DNA from: Leptospira sp.
GTDB taxonomy: Bacteria; Spirochaetota; Leptospiria; Leptospirales; Leptospiraceae
NCBI GenBank assembly: GCA_034439575.1
Contig: JAWXAQ010000030.1
Span: 160,001 to 224,000 of the forward strand
Direction of reading: 5' to 3'
Length of the DNA: 64,000 bases
Each line of letters opens with the position of its first letter. The stretch's first letter is position 1. The notes under the pieces were generated by a model. It worked only from the letters and a program-made list of their open reading frames with translations, was not told where the DNA came from and searched no databases. The position numbers were made by a program, and so were the translations under genes. Positions 40,263-50,052 of this stretch are shown here, piece after piece.

Positions 40263-40967
40263 CTAATATACGATACGAACTGTACCAACATAAATTTCCG
40301 TTCGACGGTTTTTCTTTTCAGCTAACATCGTATCTACGATTTTTCGTAAGTCAGCATAACCATCGACTTCCTTAAATCTTTCTTCGACAATATTGTGTTT
40401 GTTTTTTAACTCTGTTTTGACGGCAAATGATCTATCCTTACTGAGTTTTAAATTCATTTGGAAAGCACCGACACTATCCGTATGTCCACCGATGCGGCAA
40501 TTTGTTTCCGGATATGCCGCCAATGCATCGGCAATTTTTGAAATCAATTCTTTCGCTTTCGGTGTGAGTGTAGATTTTCCAGAAGGAAAGGCAACATCTC
40601 CATCAATCACAATTAATAATTCACGAAGTCTCTTCTCTGGGTCTTCAATTCTTTTTAATTCCACTCCCCTAGCATGTAAACCTTCAGCTGTTTCTTCAAA
40701 GGTAGTACCTGAATGTTCAAAATCATTTCGAATCCCCAAGTATAATTTTTCCATGTAAGGTGGTGTACCCATTTCATCTAAAGCACCAACAGGTAAACTT
40801 CCAAGGGGACTATCATTTTTTTCGACTACGGCTTGTTCTACGGGACGAACACATCCACAAAACCTCTCCCAAGCTGTTAAAGAAATTGTTGATGCGTTAC
40901 TTGTGCTTTGGCAATGAACAAATATTACGGAATAAATAGATAATATAATGATTAAATAAGATTTCAA
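40263..40967 (-). CDS. OmpA/MotB-type peptidoglycan-binding lipoprotein
   Basis: VAFPSGKSTL, IGGHTDSVG, NLKLSKDRS, NRRTEI; lipobox FVHC. Confidence 0.92.
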   Translation of the reverse strand: MKSYLIIILSIYSVIFVHCQSTSNASTISLTAWERFCGCVRPVEQAVVEKNDSPLGSLPVGALDEMGTPPYMEKLYLGIRNDFEHSGTTFEETAEGLHARGVELKRIEDPEKRLRELLIVIDGDVAFPSGKSTLTPKAKELISKIADALAAYPETNCRIGGHTDSVGAFQMNLKLSKDRSFAVKTELKNKHNIVEERFKEVDGYADLRKIVDTMLAEKKNRRTEIYVGTVRIVY

Positions 40968-41261
40968 ATGTGTATTCTCGGTTTCAATGACAGCTTATAC
41001 TCTTTTGATACAAGTTGTTCTGTGGAAATTATTTTTTTAGATTTATGGATAAAATTTAATCTGAGAGGCATATCCCTTTATTGCCATTTCTTTAACATAC
41101 TATATACGGTTTAATACTAAAGACCTTAGTGTTGTTCCCTAGTGACATGTACGTAAAATCTATTTTTTCTTAGTGAATTGCTAGGTTTTTTGATAAATCC
41201 TTGGCACTTTGGGATAGGATTCACATTATTACTTTGAAGTATGTAACTTCACCAGAGAGTA

Positions 41262-44081
41262 TTGACTATGGCAAAACGATTCATCCACCTAACCTACATT
41301 ATTCTAGTTTTCACAATGGCATTGACTTCTTGCACAGGCGAAAAATCAACCGATGATAACTTTTTATTTGGACTTAGTGAAAGGTATGATCGTTTTTTTG
41401 GAACAGAACAAACCACGGCCATTGATACAACGACTTCTGCCTCAACGGCAAGCAATGCCGATACTCCCACTTGCTCAACTGATGTAACGGTCAGTACAAA
41501 AATCGTTTCCTTATCTGAAGACGGGGATGTGAATGCTCTATTTAATACAACAAATGACAATGGCCTGGCAGAAACAGATACAGATGGTGGAACGAGTTGG
41601 GGATACCGCTCTTATGAAACCTGTGTCTATTTAAATACTACGTTTACTGGCACAGTTGAGATTCCTCTCTCCACTAACAGCACTTATACTGGCCGCATTA
41701 CAACACAACACTCCTACTATTCTGGTGCAGCACAAACGACAGCCTTACCGACTAAATTATCTTTTACTGCGAGTGGAGTTGCCAATAGACAGTGCATCAA
41801 ATTCACTAGGGTCATTGACGCCATTCGTAATACGCCTGAGTCCGCCTTCCAAGTGACCCTCGGAAATATGATTCAAAAAAATGGCAGTGGCGATACTGTT
41901 ACTGGATTTTATACAGATAAAGATGTCTGCGACATCAGTATGACTATGGATGACGATGAAGCCCCAGGGGTTCGTGTATCCAATATCTCACGCATTATGG
42001 AAGAGCCTGGAGCTGGTGCCACGGCACCTAACGGGACCTTTCTTGTGGTATTGAGAACAGCACCGACAGCTGATGTGACCATCCCAATGAATGAAAAAGC
42101 TGACTCTGTGAATGCCAATAACAGAGAAGGTACGATGAGTCCAACGACTCTCACTTTTACTACTGGGAATTGGAATGTGAATCAAACTGTCACAGTCACA
42201 TCCGTAGATGATTTAGAGATTGATGGTACCAAAACCTACTTTGTCGTAACCAATAATACATCCAGCACTGATAGTGAATACAATGGAATCAACCCTAGAG
42301 ATGTCGTGATTTATAACAAAGATTTAAGTGTTCCGGGTTATGCGATTGAAAAATGGAATGCTGCCACCCAAACAACGAATTCGACTGGGGGAAGTATCAC
42401 AGGCTTTGCCACGGATGAAGCCAATCAAATGGGTACTAGTTATGGGACATTAAAATTAAAACTTAGAACCAAACCCACGGGCGATGTCACAATCAACTTC
42501 TCTTCCAATTGCGGGGCAAAATGTTCTATCCAAACTCCAAGTTTGGTATTCACAACAACAAACTGGAATGTTTACCAAGACTTTTCTGTTCGCGGTGCCG
42601 CTGATGGTGCTGATGGCGGTAACCAAGATTATACGGTCACTTTAACGGCAAGTTCTACTGATACTACTTACAATACGACCGTTGCAGAACCAAGTATTTC
42701 AGTTCGTTCTTGTGATAACGACAATAGCAATCTCATTCAGCCTTGTAATTTTTCAGGCTCATCTTTGGGAACATCGGGGAGTAGATTTTCTGGAGCGGAA
42801 CCATCAGCAACTTCCAATATCTGGCTAATTACAAAAGCATCTCCTTCCTCCGATGTGACTGTTGGATTGGCAAGCACAGATACGACGGAAGGAACGGTTC
42901 CCGCAAACGTCACTGTTACCTCAGCTAACTACAATACTATGGTATCAGGAGGAACAAATGAAATTGTTCTAACACGCGCAGACGATGCAATCGTGGATGG
43001 TCCACAAACTTGGACTGTCACAACAGCGGCGGCAACGGGTGGACTCACGTTCAATACTTCAGATATCGAAGCGACAACAACTGACAATGAAAATTATTTT
43101 TATGTGAGTGTTTCTGGCAGCACTTCTGAAGCATCGACTGCCACTGTAGCTACTGTGAATGTTTGTCTTGGAGCCAATAACCCAAATCAGCCTGTCACTT
43201 TGACTCTTGCTTGTACAAATGCGGGAGATGAATGCGGAACCACATTCACACCTACAAGCATTGTATTTCCTATTAACAGCCAAGTAGATATAGGAAATGC
43301 CTCCAACGCCGGATGCGCATCCGATGCCAAAAAACAAAGTTTTACCATCGATGGTTTAGATGATACCTTTGCTGATGGTAGCCAAACATTCACTGTGACT
43401 ATGACCAAAGTCACAACTGAAACAAATTATTCGAGTGCTCCAGCAACAGTCGCAACTCCATCCATTACAAATGCGGACAATGAACCTGCCGGTAAGGCCG
43501 TTTTCGTAACAAGTGCATCTTACAACGGTGAGATGACGGCGCAAGGTGTGCTTGGTGCCGATAGCAATTGCAATTCCAACAAACCAGGTCATGCTCCTTC
43601 GGGAACTTATAAGGCTCTCATTGCAAGTGATAGTGCAAGCACAGGTGATTCTCCTGCGGTAAATGCAAGGAAAGTCGGAACGAATTGGGTGATATCGCCT
43701 AATTTGTATTATTATCGTTGTGAATCAGGAACCAACAATTGCCGAGATGAAGGGAATAGACTTTTTATCGCTGATGGAACGGGTTCCTTTAACCCAACAG
43801 CATTGAGCAATGATTTTTCTTCTACTGGAACGGATGTATTCTGGACCGGGCTTACCAATGCACTTTCACCAGCAACGCAAGCATCAACACCAGCTGGAAC
43901 TTGCGTTGATGCACCAACGGTTTATCGACACAATTGCCACGGCTTTACCTACCAAACTTGTCCTACAAATGGTGCTACCTATTTCTTTGGAGAAACATGG
44001 ACACGAAATGCAGCAAATTCTATCGCTTCCAGTGAAACTAGATGCGATGCCACACGTAAACTTATCTGCGTCCAACAATAA
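41262..44081 (+). CDS. Large Thr-rich surface lipoprotein: Calx-beta/cadherin-like repeats + C-terminal DUF1554 (Len/endostatin-like) domain
   Basis: Lipobox LTSC; repeated L.T.PT.DVT and LTFT..NWN..Q.V...DD..DG; C-terminal VFVTS...GADSNC...YKALI...WTGL...C...LICVQQ. ATG 41268 may be the real start. Confidence 0.82.
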   Translation: MTMAKRFIHLTYIILVFTMALTSCTGEKSTDDNFLFGLSERYDRFFGTEQTTAIDTTTSASTASNADTPTCSTDVTVSTKIVSLSEDGDVNALFNTTNDNGLAETDTDGGTSWGYRSYETCVYLNTTFTGTVEIPLSTNSTYTGRITTQHSYYSGAAQTTALPTKLSFTASGVANRQCIKFTRVIDAIRNTPESAFQVTLGNMIQKNGSGDTVTGFYTDKDVCDISMTMDDDEAPGVRVSNISRIMEEPGAGATAPNGTFLVVLRTAPTADVTIPMNEKADSVNANNREGTMSPTTLTFTTGNWNVNQTVTVTSVDDLEIDGTKTYFVVTNNTSSTDSEYNGINPRDVVIYNKDLSVPGYAIEKWNAATQTTNSTGGSITGFATDEANQMGTSYGTLKLKLRTKPTGDVTINFSSNCGAKCSIQTPSLVFTTTNWNVYQDFSVRGAADGADGGNQDYTVTLTASSTDTTYNTTVAEPSISVRSCDNDNSNLIQPCNFSGSSLGTSGSRFSGAEPSATSNIWLITKASPSSDVTVGLASTDTTEGTVPANVTVTSANYNTMVSGGTNEIVLTRADDAIVDGPQTWTVTTAAATGGLTFNTSDIEATTTDNENYFYVSVSGSTSEASTATVATVNVCLGANNPNQPVTLTLACTNAGDECGTTFTPTSIVFPINSQVDIGNASNAGCASDAKKQSFTIDGLDDTFADGSQTFTVTMTKVTTETNYSSAPATVATPSITNADNEPAGKAVFVTSASYNGEMTAQGVLGADSNCNSNKPGHAPSGTYKALIASDSASTGDSPAVNARKVGTNWVISPNLYYYRCESGTNNCRDEGNRLFIADGTGSFNPTALSNDFSSTGTDVFWTGLTNALSPATQASTPAGTCVDAPTVYRHNCHGFTYQTCPTNGATYFFGETWTRNAANSIASSETRCDATRKLICVQQ

Positions 44082-44120
44082 AGATTTAGATTTACATGCT
44101 TACCAAAATGCGCCAAATGA

Positions 44121-45311
44121 TCATAATGCGGCGCTGAGTTTTTCCTTGAGCATCTTAGCCGCCAAAGCAAAACCACCATCCGCTCCATCTACAAAATGCA
44201 CTTCTTGGGATTCACCCGCTTTTAAGATACAAGTCATGAGAGAACGATTCGAGACGTGCAATCCGAATTGCAAATTGCCAGCTGTGGACAAGTCTTCCAA
44301 AAATTGTTCTAGAGCTTCTCTATTTTTTTTGGATCCATTGATGACCATTTTCAAAGTTCCGTCAAACTTACGAAAGTCGGCAGACATGACTTGGTATTCT
44401 TTCAAACGATTCAATTCATAATGTCCTGACCGAAGCGGGAAATTATATTTTAAAGAGATAGCGACAAAAAACATTTCCAATTTTATTTTTAACAATCGTA
44501 AATAATATCCTATCCCTTTTTTTCCGCCTGAACGTGCGAGAGCCTCTCGTTTCAAATAAGGCCCTTTGTCAGTTGCGAGTTTTTCAACCGTGATCGGATG
44601 ATAATCGACTTCTTCGCCAAACTCTGTACGAATGAAATTCAGAACTCGGCTCACGACCTTGGACGATTTTTCATAATCTTGTTCGGCAGGTTGAATGATG
44701 AGTGAAATCACTTCGCCTCTTGAACTCGGGATGTCTTCCCAACGACAAGTGAATCCTGTAAAATCAGCACTTGTGATTTTTTCTGTTTCACGCACAAGAA
44801 AGGATTCATCTTTTCCCGATTTAATCCATTTTTCCGCAAGTGCCAATCCATCGCCATAAATGGAACACTGGTTATAGTGAGGGGATGCAGTGAACTTACT
44901 CACATACAACTTTGCACCCTTCTCATATAACTCTTGTACGGGGACTATACCTGCACGTAATTCTAATCCAAACGTCTGTTTGACTTTTCCAATGGTATCA
45001 GCGATCGCAGAACGAATGGGAAATAAAAATTGGATAGGGAGAAGAAAAGTCACACCATCACCACCAAAAACAAAAGGGAAATCCATATGCCCGTAAACAT
45101 TGGCAACAGCAATGGCAGTCAGTCCCCCCGCAGTATTTACATCTTTGTACTTTCCTGCTTCAATGGCTTTTGTGGACCCTGCGATATCTGTGATTAAGAT
45201 AAACCAATCATCAGGCACTGGAACAAAATTAGTTCTTTCGAATGAAGATTTAAAATCTGGATTGGGCTTTAGGGTTTGATAGAAATTATCCACGGTGATA
45301 GTTAGACTCAC
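44121..45311 (-). CDS. DUF3095-family protein
   Basis: DDWFILITDIAGSTKAIEAGKYKDVN, FPFVFGGDG, DFRKFDGTLKMV, HFVDGADGGFALAA. Confidence 0.88.
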   Translation of the reverse strand: MSLTITVDNFYQTLKPNPDFKSSFERTNFVPVPDDWFILITDIAGSTKAIEAGKYKDVNTAGGLTAIAVANVYGHMDFPFVFGGDGVTFLLPIQFLFPIRSAIADTIGKVKQTFGLELRAGIVPVQELYEKGAKLYVSKFTASPHYNQCSIYGDGLALAEKWIKSGKDESFLVRETEKITSADFTGFTCRWEDIPSSRGEVISLIIQPAEQDYEKSSKVVSRVLNFIRTEFGEEVDYHPITVEKLATDKGPYLKREALARSGGKKGIGYYLRLLKIKLEMFFVAISLKYNFPLRSGHYELNRLKEYQVMSADFRKFDGTLKMVINGSKKNREALEQFLEDLSTAGNLQFGLHVSNRSLMTCILKAGESQEVHFVDGADGGFALAAKMLKEKLSAAL

Positions 45312-45350
45312 GTCTCTTCAGTTTACCAATCATTTTTCTTTCTTGTCATC

Positions 45351-47144
45351 ATGTTCTCTTTTCAGAGTATTGTGGACAAGATTATGAATTCATTGTTACT
45401 TCGTGCCGTTTTTTCCTTCCTCTTGATCTTTGGTTTTTTGGGTTCCTCCTACTTTTTTAACTTTTATCTTTCAGAACTTGCGGCAAGTGAAAGAGAATCT
45501 TTCTTAAACGAGAAGGCTTGGGAGATAACGAACAAAATGTCCCCTGAAGATTTAGTGGGCCAAACCATTCACATAGCCATACCTTCAAAAACTGTGGATG
45601 AGACTGCACTCATAGAAATTAAAAATACACGTCCGGGCGGTATCATTCTATTTGGAAAAAACTTAGGCAAAAAAGAAGAAATCCTGAGTTTGACAACTAA
45701 CCTACAAAAGACGGCAAAACTAGAAAGTCTTCCTCCCTTTTTAATTTCCACTGACCAAGAGGGTGGTCGCGTATTTCGCGTGCAAGACGGTGTGACTGCC
45801 TACCCTGGCGCTATGGCTGTGGGACAAACGGGCAAAGAAGAATGGGGAAAAACAGTAGGCTTTGTTACTTCTTATGAATTAAAAAAAATCGGGATCAATT
45901 TTTTATTCGCACCAGTTCTCGATATCAATAACAACCCATTCAATCCTGTGATCAATACCAGATCCTTTGGCTCAGATATCAACCGTGTATCAAACGTAGC
46001 AGTTGCCTATGAACAAGGAGCCAGGCTCGGTGGTGCACTTCCAGTAATCAAACATTTCCCAGGACATGGGGATACAAATGTAGATAGCCACTTGGGTCTT
46101 CCCATCATAAAAAAAACTCTTAGCGAATTGGAAGCATTGGAACTTATCCCATTTAAAAAAGCCATAGAGTCAGGTGCCGAAGCGGTAATGACAGCTCATA
46201 TCGTTTATCCATTGATAGACGAAAAATACCCTGCCACCTTATCCAAAAAAATACTCACGGGTATCTTACGAGAAAAACTTCTTTTTGATGGCATCATTAT
46301 CACAGATGCTATGGAGATGCATGCGATCTCAAAAAATTATGAAAAAGACAGACCTGGAGTTCTTGCCATCAATGCGGGTGCCAATATCGTATTATTGACA
46401 AGCTGGGGAGAAACTGCACGCAAGTTTAAAGAACAATTGTTAAATGCCTATACCTTAGGAGATTTTGATTATAAAGATAAAGAAGGAAATATCAGAAATA
46501 TTCTAAAGGAAGCTGTCTTTAAACAAATTCGAAAAAAAATCGAAATGGGTCTTTTTGATATGGATTCCATATCACCAAACCTTGTTTCGGAAAATAAAAA
46601 TTTATATGAGTTTCTGAATCAAAAAGAAAAGGAAAGACAAATCACATTTTCCGAATATGAAAAATCAGGATTCTATTTAAAAGAAATCACTCGTGATTCC
46701 ATACGCGCATTTCCATTCGAGTATTCACCTAAGGGGAACTCAAGTTCTGACTCTATACAATTTGTAAAAAATCCACATCTGAAAAAAGCCCTGGGAAAAA
46801 TCCCAACGGGAAATATAAAATCATTACAAAAACTAGCTTTCAAAAAAGAAGTTTCCCATTTATTGTTTGATTCGAGTTCGGAAAAAGAAATTGTTTCGAT
46901 TGCTAATTTAGCAAAAAAATACCCTCAAAAAACTTTTGTTATCTTTCATGGCGGGACACCTTTCGTGAAACTCCCCCAATTAAAAAACATCAATTATATT
47001 CTATCTTTTTCGCTGACTTCACATTCATGGGAAGCGATGGGCGAACAGTACATTGAAGGAAAAACATTTCCAAAAGCAGATTTGATATTGTTACCAAAGG
47101 ATGGAAAAACGCCCACACTCGGAGCGTTTCCACAAGGGATCTAA
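45351..47144 (+). CDS. GH3 beta-N-acetylhexosaminidase (NagZ-like), membrane-anchored
   Basis: DQEGGRV, KHFPGHGDTNVDSH, ITDAMEM. Confidence 0.92.
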   Translation: MFSFQSIVDKIMNSLLLRAVFSFLLIFGFLGSSYFFNFYLSELAASERESFLNEKAWEITNKMSPEDLVGQTIHIAIPSKTVDETALIEIKNTRPGGIILFGKNLGKKEEILSLTTNLQKTAKLESLPPFLISTDQEGGRVFRVQDGVTAYPGAMAVGQTGKEEWGKTVGFVTSYELKKIGINFLFAPVLDINNNPFNPVINTRSFGSDINRVSNVAVAYEQGARLGGALPVIKHFPGHGDTNVDSHLGLPIIKKTLSELEALELIPFKKAIESGAEAVMTAHIVYPLIDEKYPATLSKKILTGILREKLLFDGIIITDAMEMHAISKNYEKDRPGVLAINAGANIVLLTSWGETARKFKEQLLNAYTLGDFDYKDKEGNIRNILKEAVFKQIRKKIEMGLFDMDSISPNLVSENKNLYEFLNQKEKERQITFSEYEKSGFYLKEITRDSIRAFPFEYSPKGNSSSDSIQFVKNPHLKKALGKIPTGNIKSLQKLAFKKEVSHLLFDSSSEKEIVSIANLAKKYPQKTFVIFHGGTPFVKLPQLKNINYILSFSLTSHSWEAMGEQYIEGKTFPKADLILLPKDGKTPTLGAFPQGI

Positions 47145-47147
47145 AAT

Positions 47148-48293
47148 TTAAGTAAGGAGTTCTCTTTGGCCTCCTCTCTTTTTTATCTCTTCATACAATA
47201 ACTTTCTAAGTGCTTCGTCAGCATCCACAAAACGAAGCATATAAAGATCCGACTTCTGTTTGATGGGAAACATCTTTCCTCTCACATCAATGGCTGGTCC
47301 ATCTTGAAACGTAAAATGTACCTCCCATAAATCTTGGTGTTTCCAAATATCAGTAGAAATCGTTGGGGGAAATTCAAAAGTTATCCCACGATCTGTGATA
47401 CGTTCTGATATGGCAGAAAATGAACGTGGGGTTTCTTTGATTTGAAATCTTTCTTCTTTTCCTTTGCTCTGATCTTTAGATATCCGTTTTAACAATTCAA
47501 ATTGGCGGTCTAAATTTTCTTCAGATAACAGAAGTTTATTTTTATCTAACTCTAAATGATTTTCTTCATTCTCTTTTGGCGGCCAAGGTGAGATTATGAG
47601 TGAGTATTTTGCAAGGAGCATTAAATGTGCTTCCCCTTTGCGTTCAATTTGTCCAGTTATCTTAAAGATGATACCTTTGTCATTCATCTTGGTTATGTTA
47701 CCTGGAAAGAGATAACCACCGCTACTTGGACGAAATACATATAACTTAGCATCTTTTCCAGGAACAAGTAAATCTTTTGATAAAGCTTTCGCAGATAATA
47801 AAAGTTCAGTATCTGTTTTTTGCATCACATATGTTAGTTCTTCGCGTCCATCTGTTTCCAACGCACAGACTTCACCAACTGTCACATCTTCTAAACTACG
47901 AATTTCTTTTTTAAATTCTGCGGATGAGCGAAATAGTTTATCAAATAAATCCACTTCTTTCTCAGTCGGATTGGAAGGAGCACTTAAAAAATAACGATAG
48001 AGTGCATTTTTTAATTTCCCTCGATTTTCAGCAAGTAACAAGTGTTCCGCTGTCTCAGAATCCAATGTGCTATAAAATCCTTTTAGAATATTGATTTCTG
48101 ATTGGTTACATTTTCTAGCAGTCGCAAATTTTAAAAATTCGTTCCAGAGAGTCGGACTCAAAGTTTGTTTGTTTTGCAAGAAGTTCATGACTCGCAAATA
48201 AATATAACCTGCGAGCAAAATTAAAAATAAGTAGAAAAAATAGATGTTGTGAAAGGTGGGGAAAATCCAGGGAACTTGCTCGGCGAGATTCAT
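47148..48293 (-). CDS. Membrane-anchored hypothetical protein, possibly a degenerate YcgR/PilZ-like protein
   Basis: One N-terminal TM and two beta-rich regions; ITDRGITF recalls the PilZ DxSxxG motif but no clear RxxxR. Confidence 0.55.
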   Translation of the reverse strand: MNLAEQVPWIFPTFHNIYFFYLFLILLAGYIYLRVMNFLQNKQTLSPTLWNEFLKFATARKCNQSEINILKGFYSTLDSETAEHLLLAENRGKLKNALYRYFLSAPSNPTEKEVDLFDKLFRSSAEFKKEIRSLEDVTVGEVCALETDGREELTYVMQKTDTELLLSAKALSKDLLVPGKDAKLYVFRPSSGGYLFPGNITKMNDKGIIFKITGQIERKGEAHLMLLAKYSLIISPWPPKENEENHLELDKNKLLLSEENLDRQFELLKRISKDQSKGKEERFQIKETPRSFSAISERITDRGITFEFPPTISTDIWKHQDLWEVHFTFQDGPAIDVRGKMFPIKQKSDLYMLRFVDADEALRKLLYEEIKKRGGQRELLT

Positions 48294-48339
48294 AAATTAC
48301 TTTTCCTTAGATAAGCCCGCTTGATTCTGGAAGGTAATC

Positions 48340-49644
48340 GTGAGCTCATCCTACTTTAAAATTATCGGCAAAAATCCTCTTCATGGAAGCGTAGTTCCGC
48401 AAGGAAACAAAAACGAAGCCTTGCCATTACTCGGCGCTCTACTTCTCTGGGAAGAAGATGTCATATTAGAAAACTTACCCCAAATCGCCGACGTTTTAAA
48501 ACTTATGGAAGTCTTAAAACTGATCGGAGTTGAGATCACTTCCTTAGATACACCAGGATCTTACCTCTTCCATAAAAAAAATACAGTCAAATCCGATTTG
48601 CCTTACGAACTTTGTTCGCAGTTGCGGGGAGCCGTAACACTGGCAGGGCCGATACTTGCCCGCACTGGTCGCGTTTTTTTGCCGAAGCCAGGTGGTGACA
48701 AAATTGGTAGACGAAGGATGGATACCCATCTCTTAGCGCTCGAAGCACTTGGTGCCAAGATCGAAGTTTTCCCAGACGGGTACGAAATCACAGCAGATCG
48801 CCTCGTCGGAAAGGACATTTTACTCGACGAAGCTTCGGTCACAGCGACTGAAAACGCGATTATGGCGGCAGTTTTTGCTGAAGGCACGACCACCATTCGC
48901 CATGCGGCCTGCGAACCTCACGTCCAAGGACTTTGTCGGTTTTTGAACGTAGCTGGTGCCAAAATTACTGGCATCGGTACCAATGTGCTTCAAATCGAAG
49001 GTGTCACGAGTCTTTCTTCGCCAAATGGCTGCTTAACGCACAGAATTGGCTCAGATTATCTAGAAATAGGTTCTTTTATCAGTCTTGCTGCGGTTACGGG
49101 CGGTGAAATCCTGATCCGCGATGTTAACCAGGAAGACATACGTATGATTCGCATGGTGTATTCTCGTTTAGGGATTGAAGTGCGTGCCGTGGAAGGGGGA
49201 ATTTTGGTTCCCTCAGACCAAAAAATGGAAATCATCCCGGATTACCATGGCGCAACTCCAAAGATTGACGATGCCCCTTGGCCTGGTTTTCCCGCTGATA
49301 TGACTTCTGTTGCCCTTGTCACAGCCACCCAATGCCGTGGTACAGTTCTTATCCATGAAAAACTCTTTGAATCTAGGCTCTTTTTTGTAGACAATATCAT
49401 CGCAATGGGTGCGCAAATCATCCTTTGTGATCCACATAGAGCCGTTGTCATTGGCCCTTCGCGCCTTTATGGCCAAAGGGTCGCAAGCCCAGACATTCGT
49501 GCAGGTATGGCAATGATCATCGCTGCCCTTTGTGCAGAAGGAACAAGCGAGATCCATAACATTGTCCAAATCGACCGTGGTTTCCAAGCCATAGATACAC
49601 GACTCAGGTCCCTCGGGGCCCAAATTGAACGGATTAGTGAATAA
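48340..49644 (+). CDS. murA: UDP-N-acetylglucosamine 1-carboxyvinyltransferase (Asp-type)
   Basis: [43 protein letters not shown]. Confidence 0.97.
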   Translation: MSSSYFKIIGKNPLHGSVVPQGNKNEALPLLGALLLWEEDVILENLPQIADVLKLMEVLKLIGVEITSLDTPGSYLFHKKNTVKSDLPYELCSQLRGAVTLAGPILARTGRVFLPKPGGDKIGRRRMDTHLLALEALGAKIEVFPDGYEITADRLVGKDILLDEASVTATENAIMAAVFAEGTTTIRHAACEPHVQGLCRFLNVAGAKITGIGTNVLQIEGVTSLSSPNGCLTHRIGSDYLEIGSFISLAAVTGGEILIRDVNQEDIRMIRMVYSRLGIEVRAVEGGILVPSDQKMEIIPDYHGATPKIDDAPWPGFPADMTSVALVTATQCRGTVLIHEKLFESRLFFVDNIIAMGAQIILCDPHRAVVIGPSRLYGQRVASPDIRAGMAMIIAALCAEGTSEIHNIVQIDRGFQAIDTRLRSLGAQIERISE

Positions 49645-49651
49645 AAAAACC

Positions 49652-49681
49652 ATATAGGTCAAATTCTAGACCTATATTTTT
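49652..49681 (+). terminator. Intrinsic terminator after murA
   Basis: ATATAGGTC-8 nt-GACCTATAT followed by a T run; A run upstream. Confidence 0.7.
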
Positions 49682-49877
49682 CAAAAAGATCGCCACGGGA
49701 ATGGAAACAATTGAATCCAAATTTCATTCCTAGATTGCATTAGGCCTTCCCTAAATCCTTGGCTAAACCCATCAGATAAAAATTTATCCTCATTTCTGTC
49801 ATTTTAAGCCCCCACTCCACTCTCCTTTTCATTTTTCCATCATGGACAATTTTTGATACGTTGTCTCAATATTGGCT

Positions 49878-49932
49878 AAAAAACCACCTTCGGAAAAATA
49901 TCTAACATTAGTTAAAATATTTTCCGAACACA
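49878..49932. repeat. 55-bp palindromic element, copy 1 (intergenic)
   Basis: 47/55 identical to 50161-50215; dyad TTCGGAAAA...TAAC-N4-GTTA...TTTTCCGAA. Confidence 0.85.
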
Positions 49933-50052
49933 GATTTATCCTCTAAGGAAATCCGCCTAATCAATGTAGGCTATTCCTTGCAAATAATTGTACCCAAGTT
50001 GCTCACCTTGTTCGTTAATGTTAAAGTATCATAAAAAGATTAGGGAGATTCC

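Noticed and set aside
41201-41217. TGGCAC as a sigma54 -24 element
   Set aside because: No TTGC at the -12 position.
43810-44421. 203-aa plus-strand ORF
   Set aside because: Overlaps the adhesin out of frame and DUF3095 antisense; no protein-like features.
49999-50026. TAATGTTAAAG as the XerD arm of a dif site
   Set aside because: No matching XerC arm at the 6-bp spacing.
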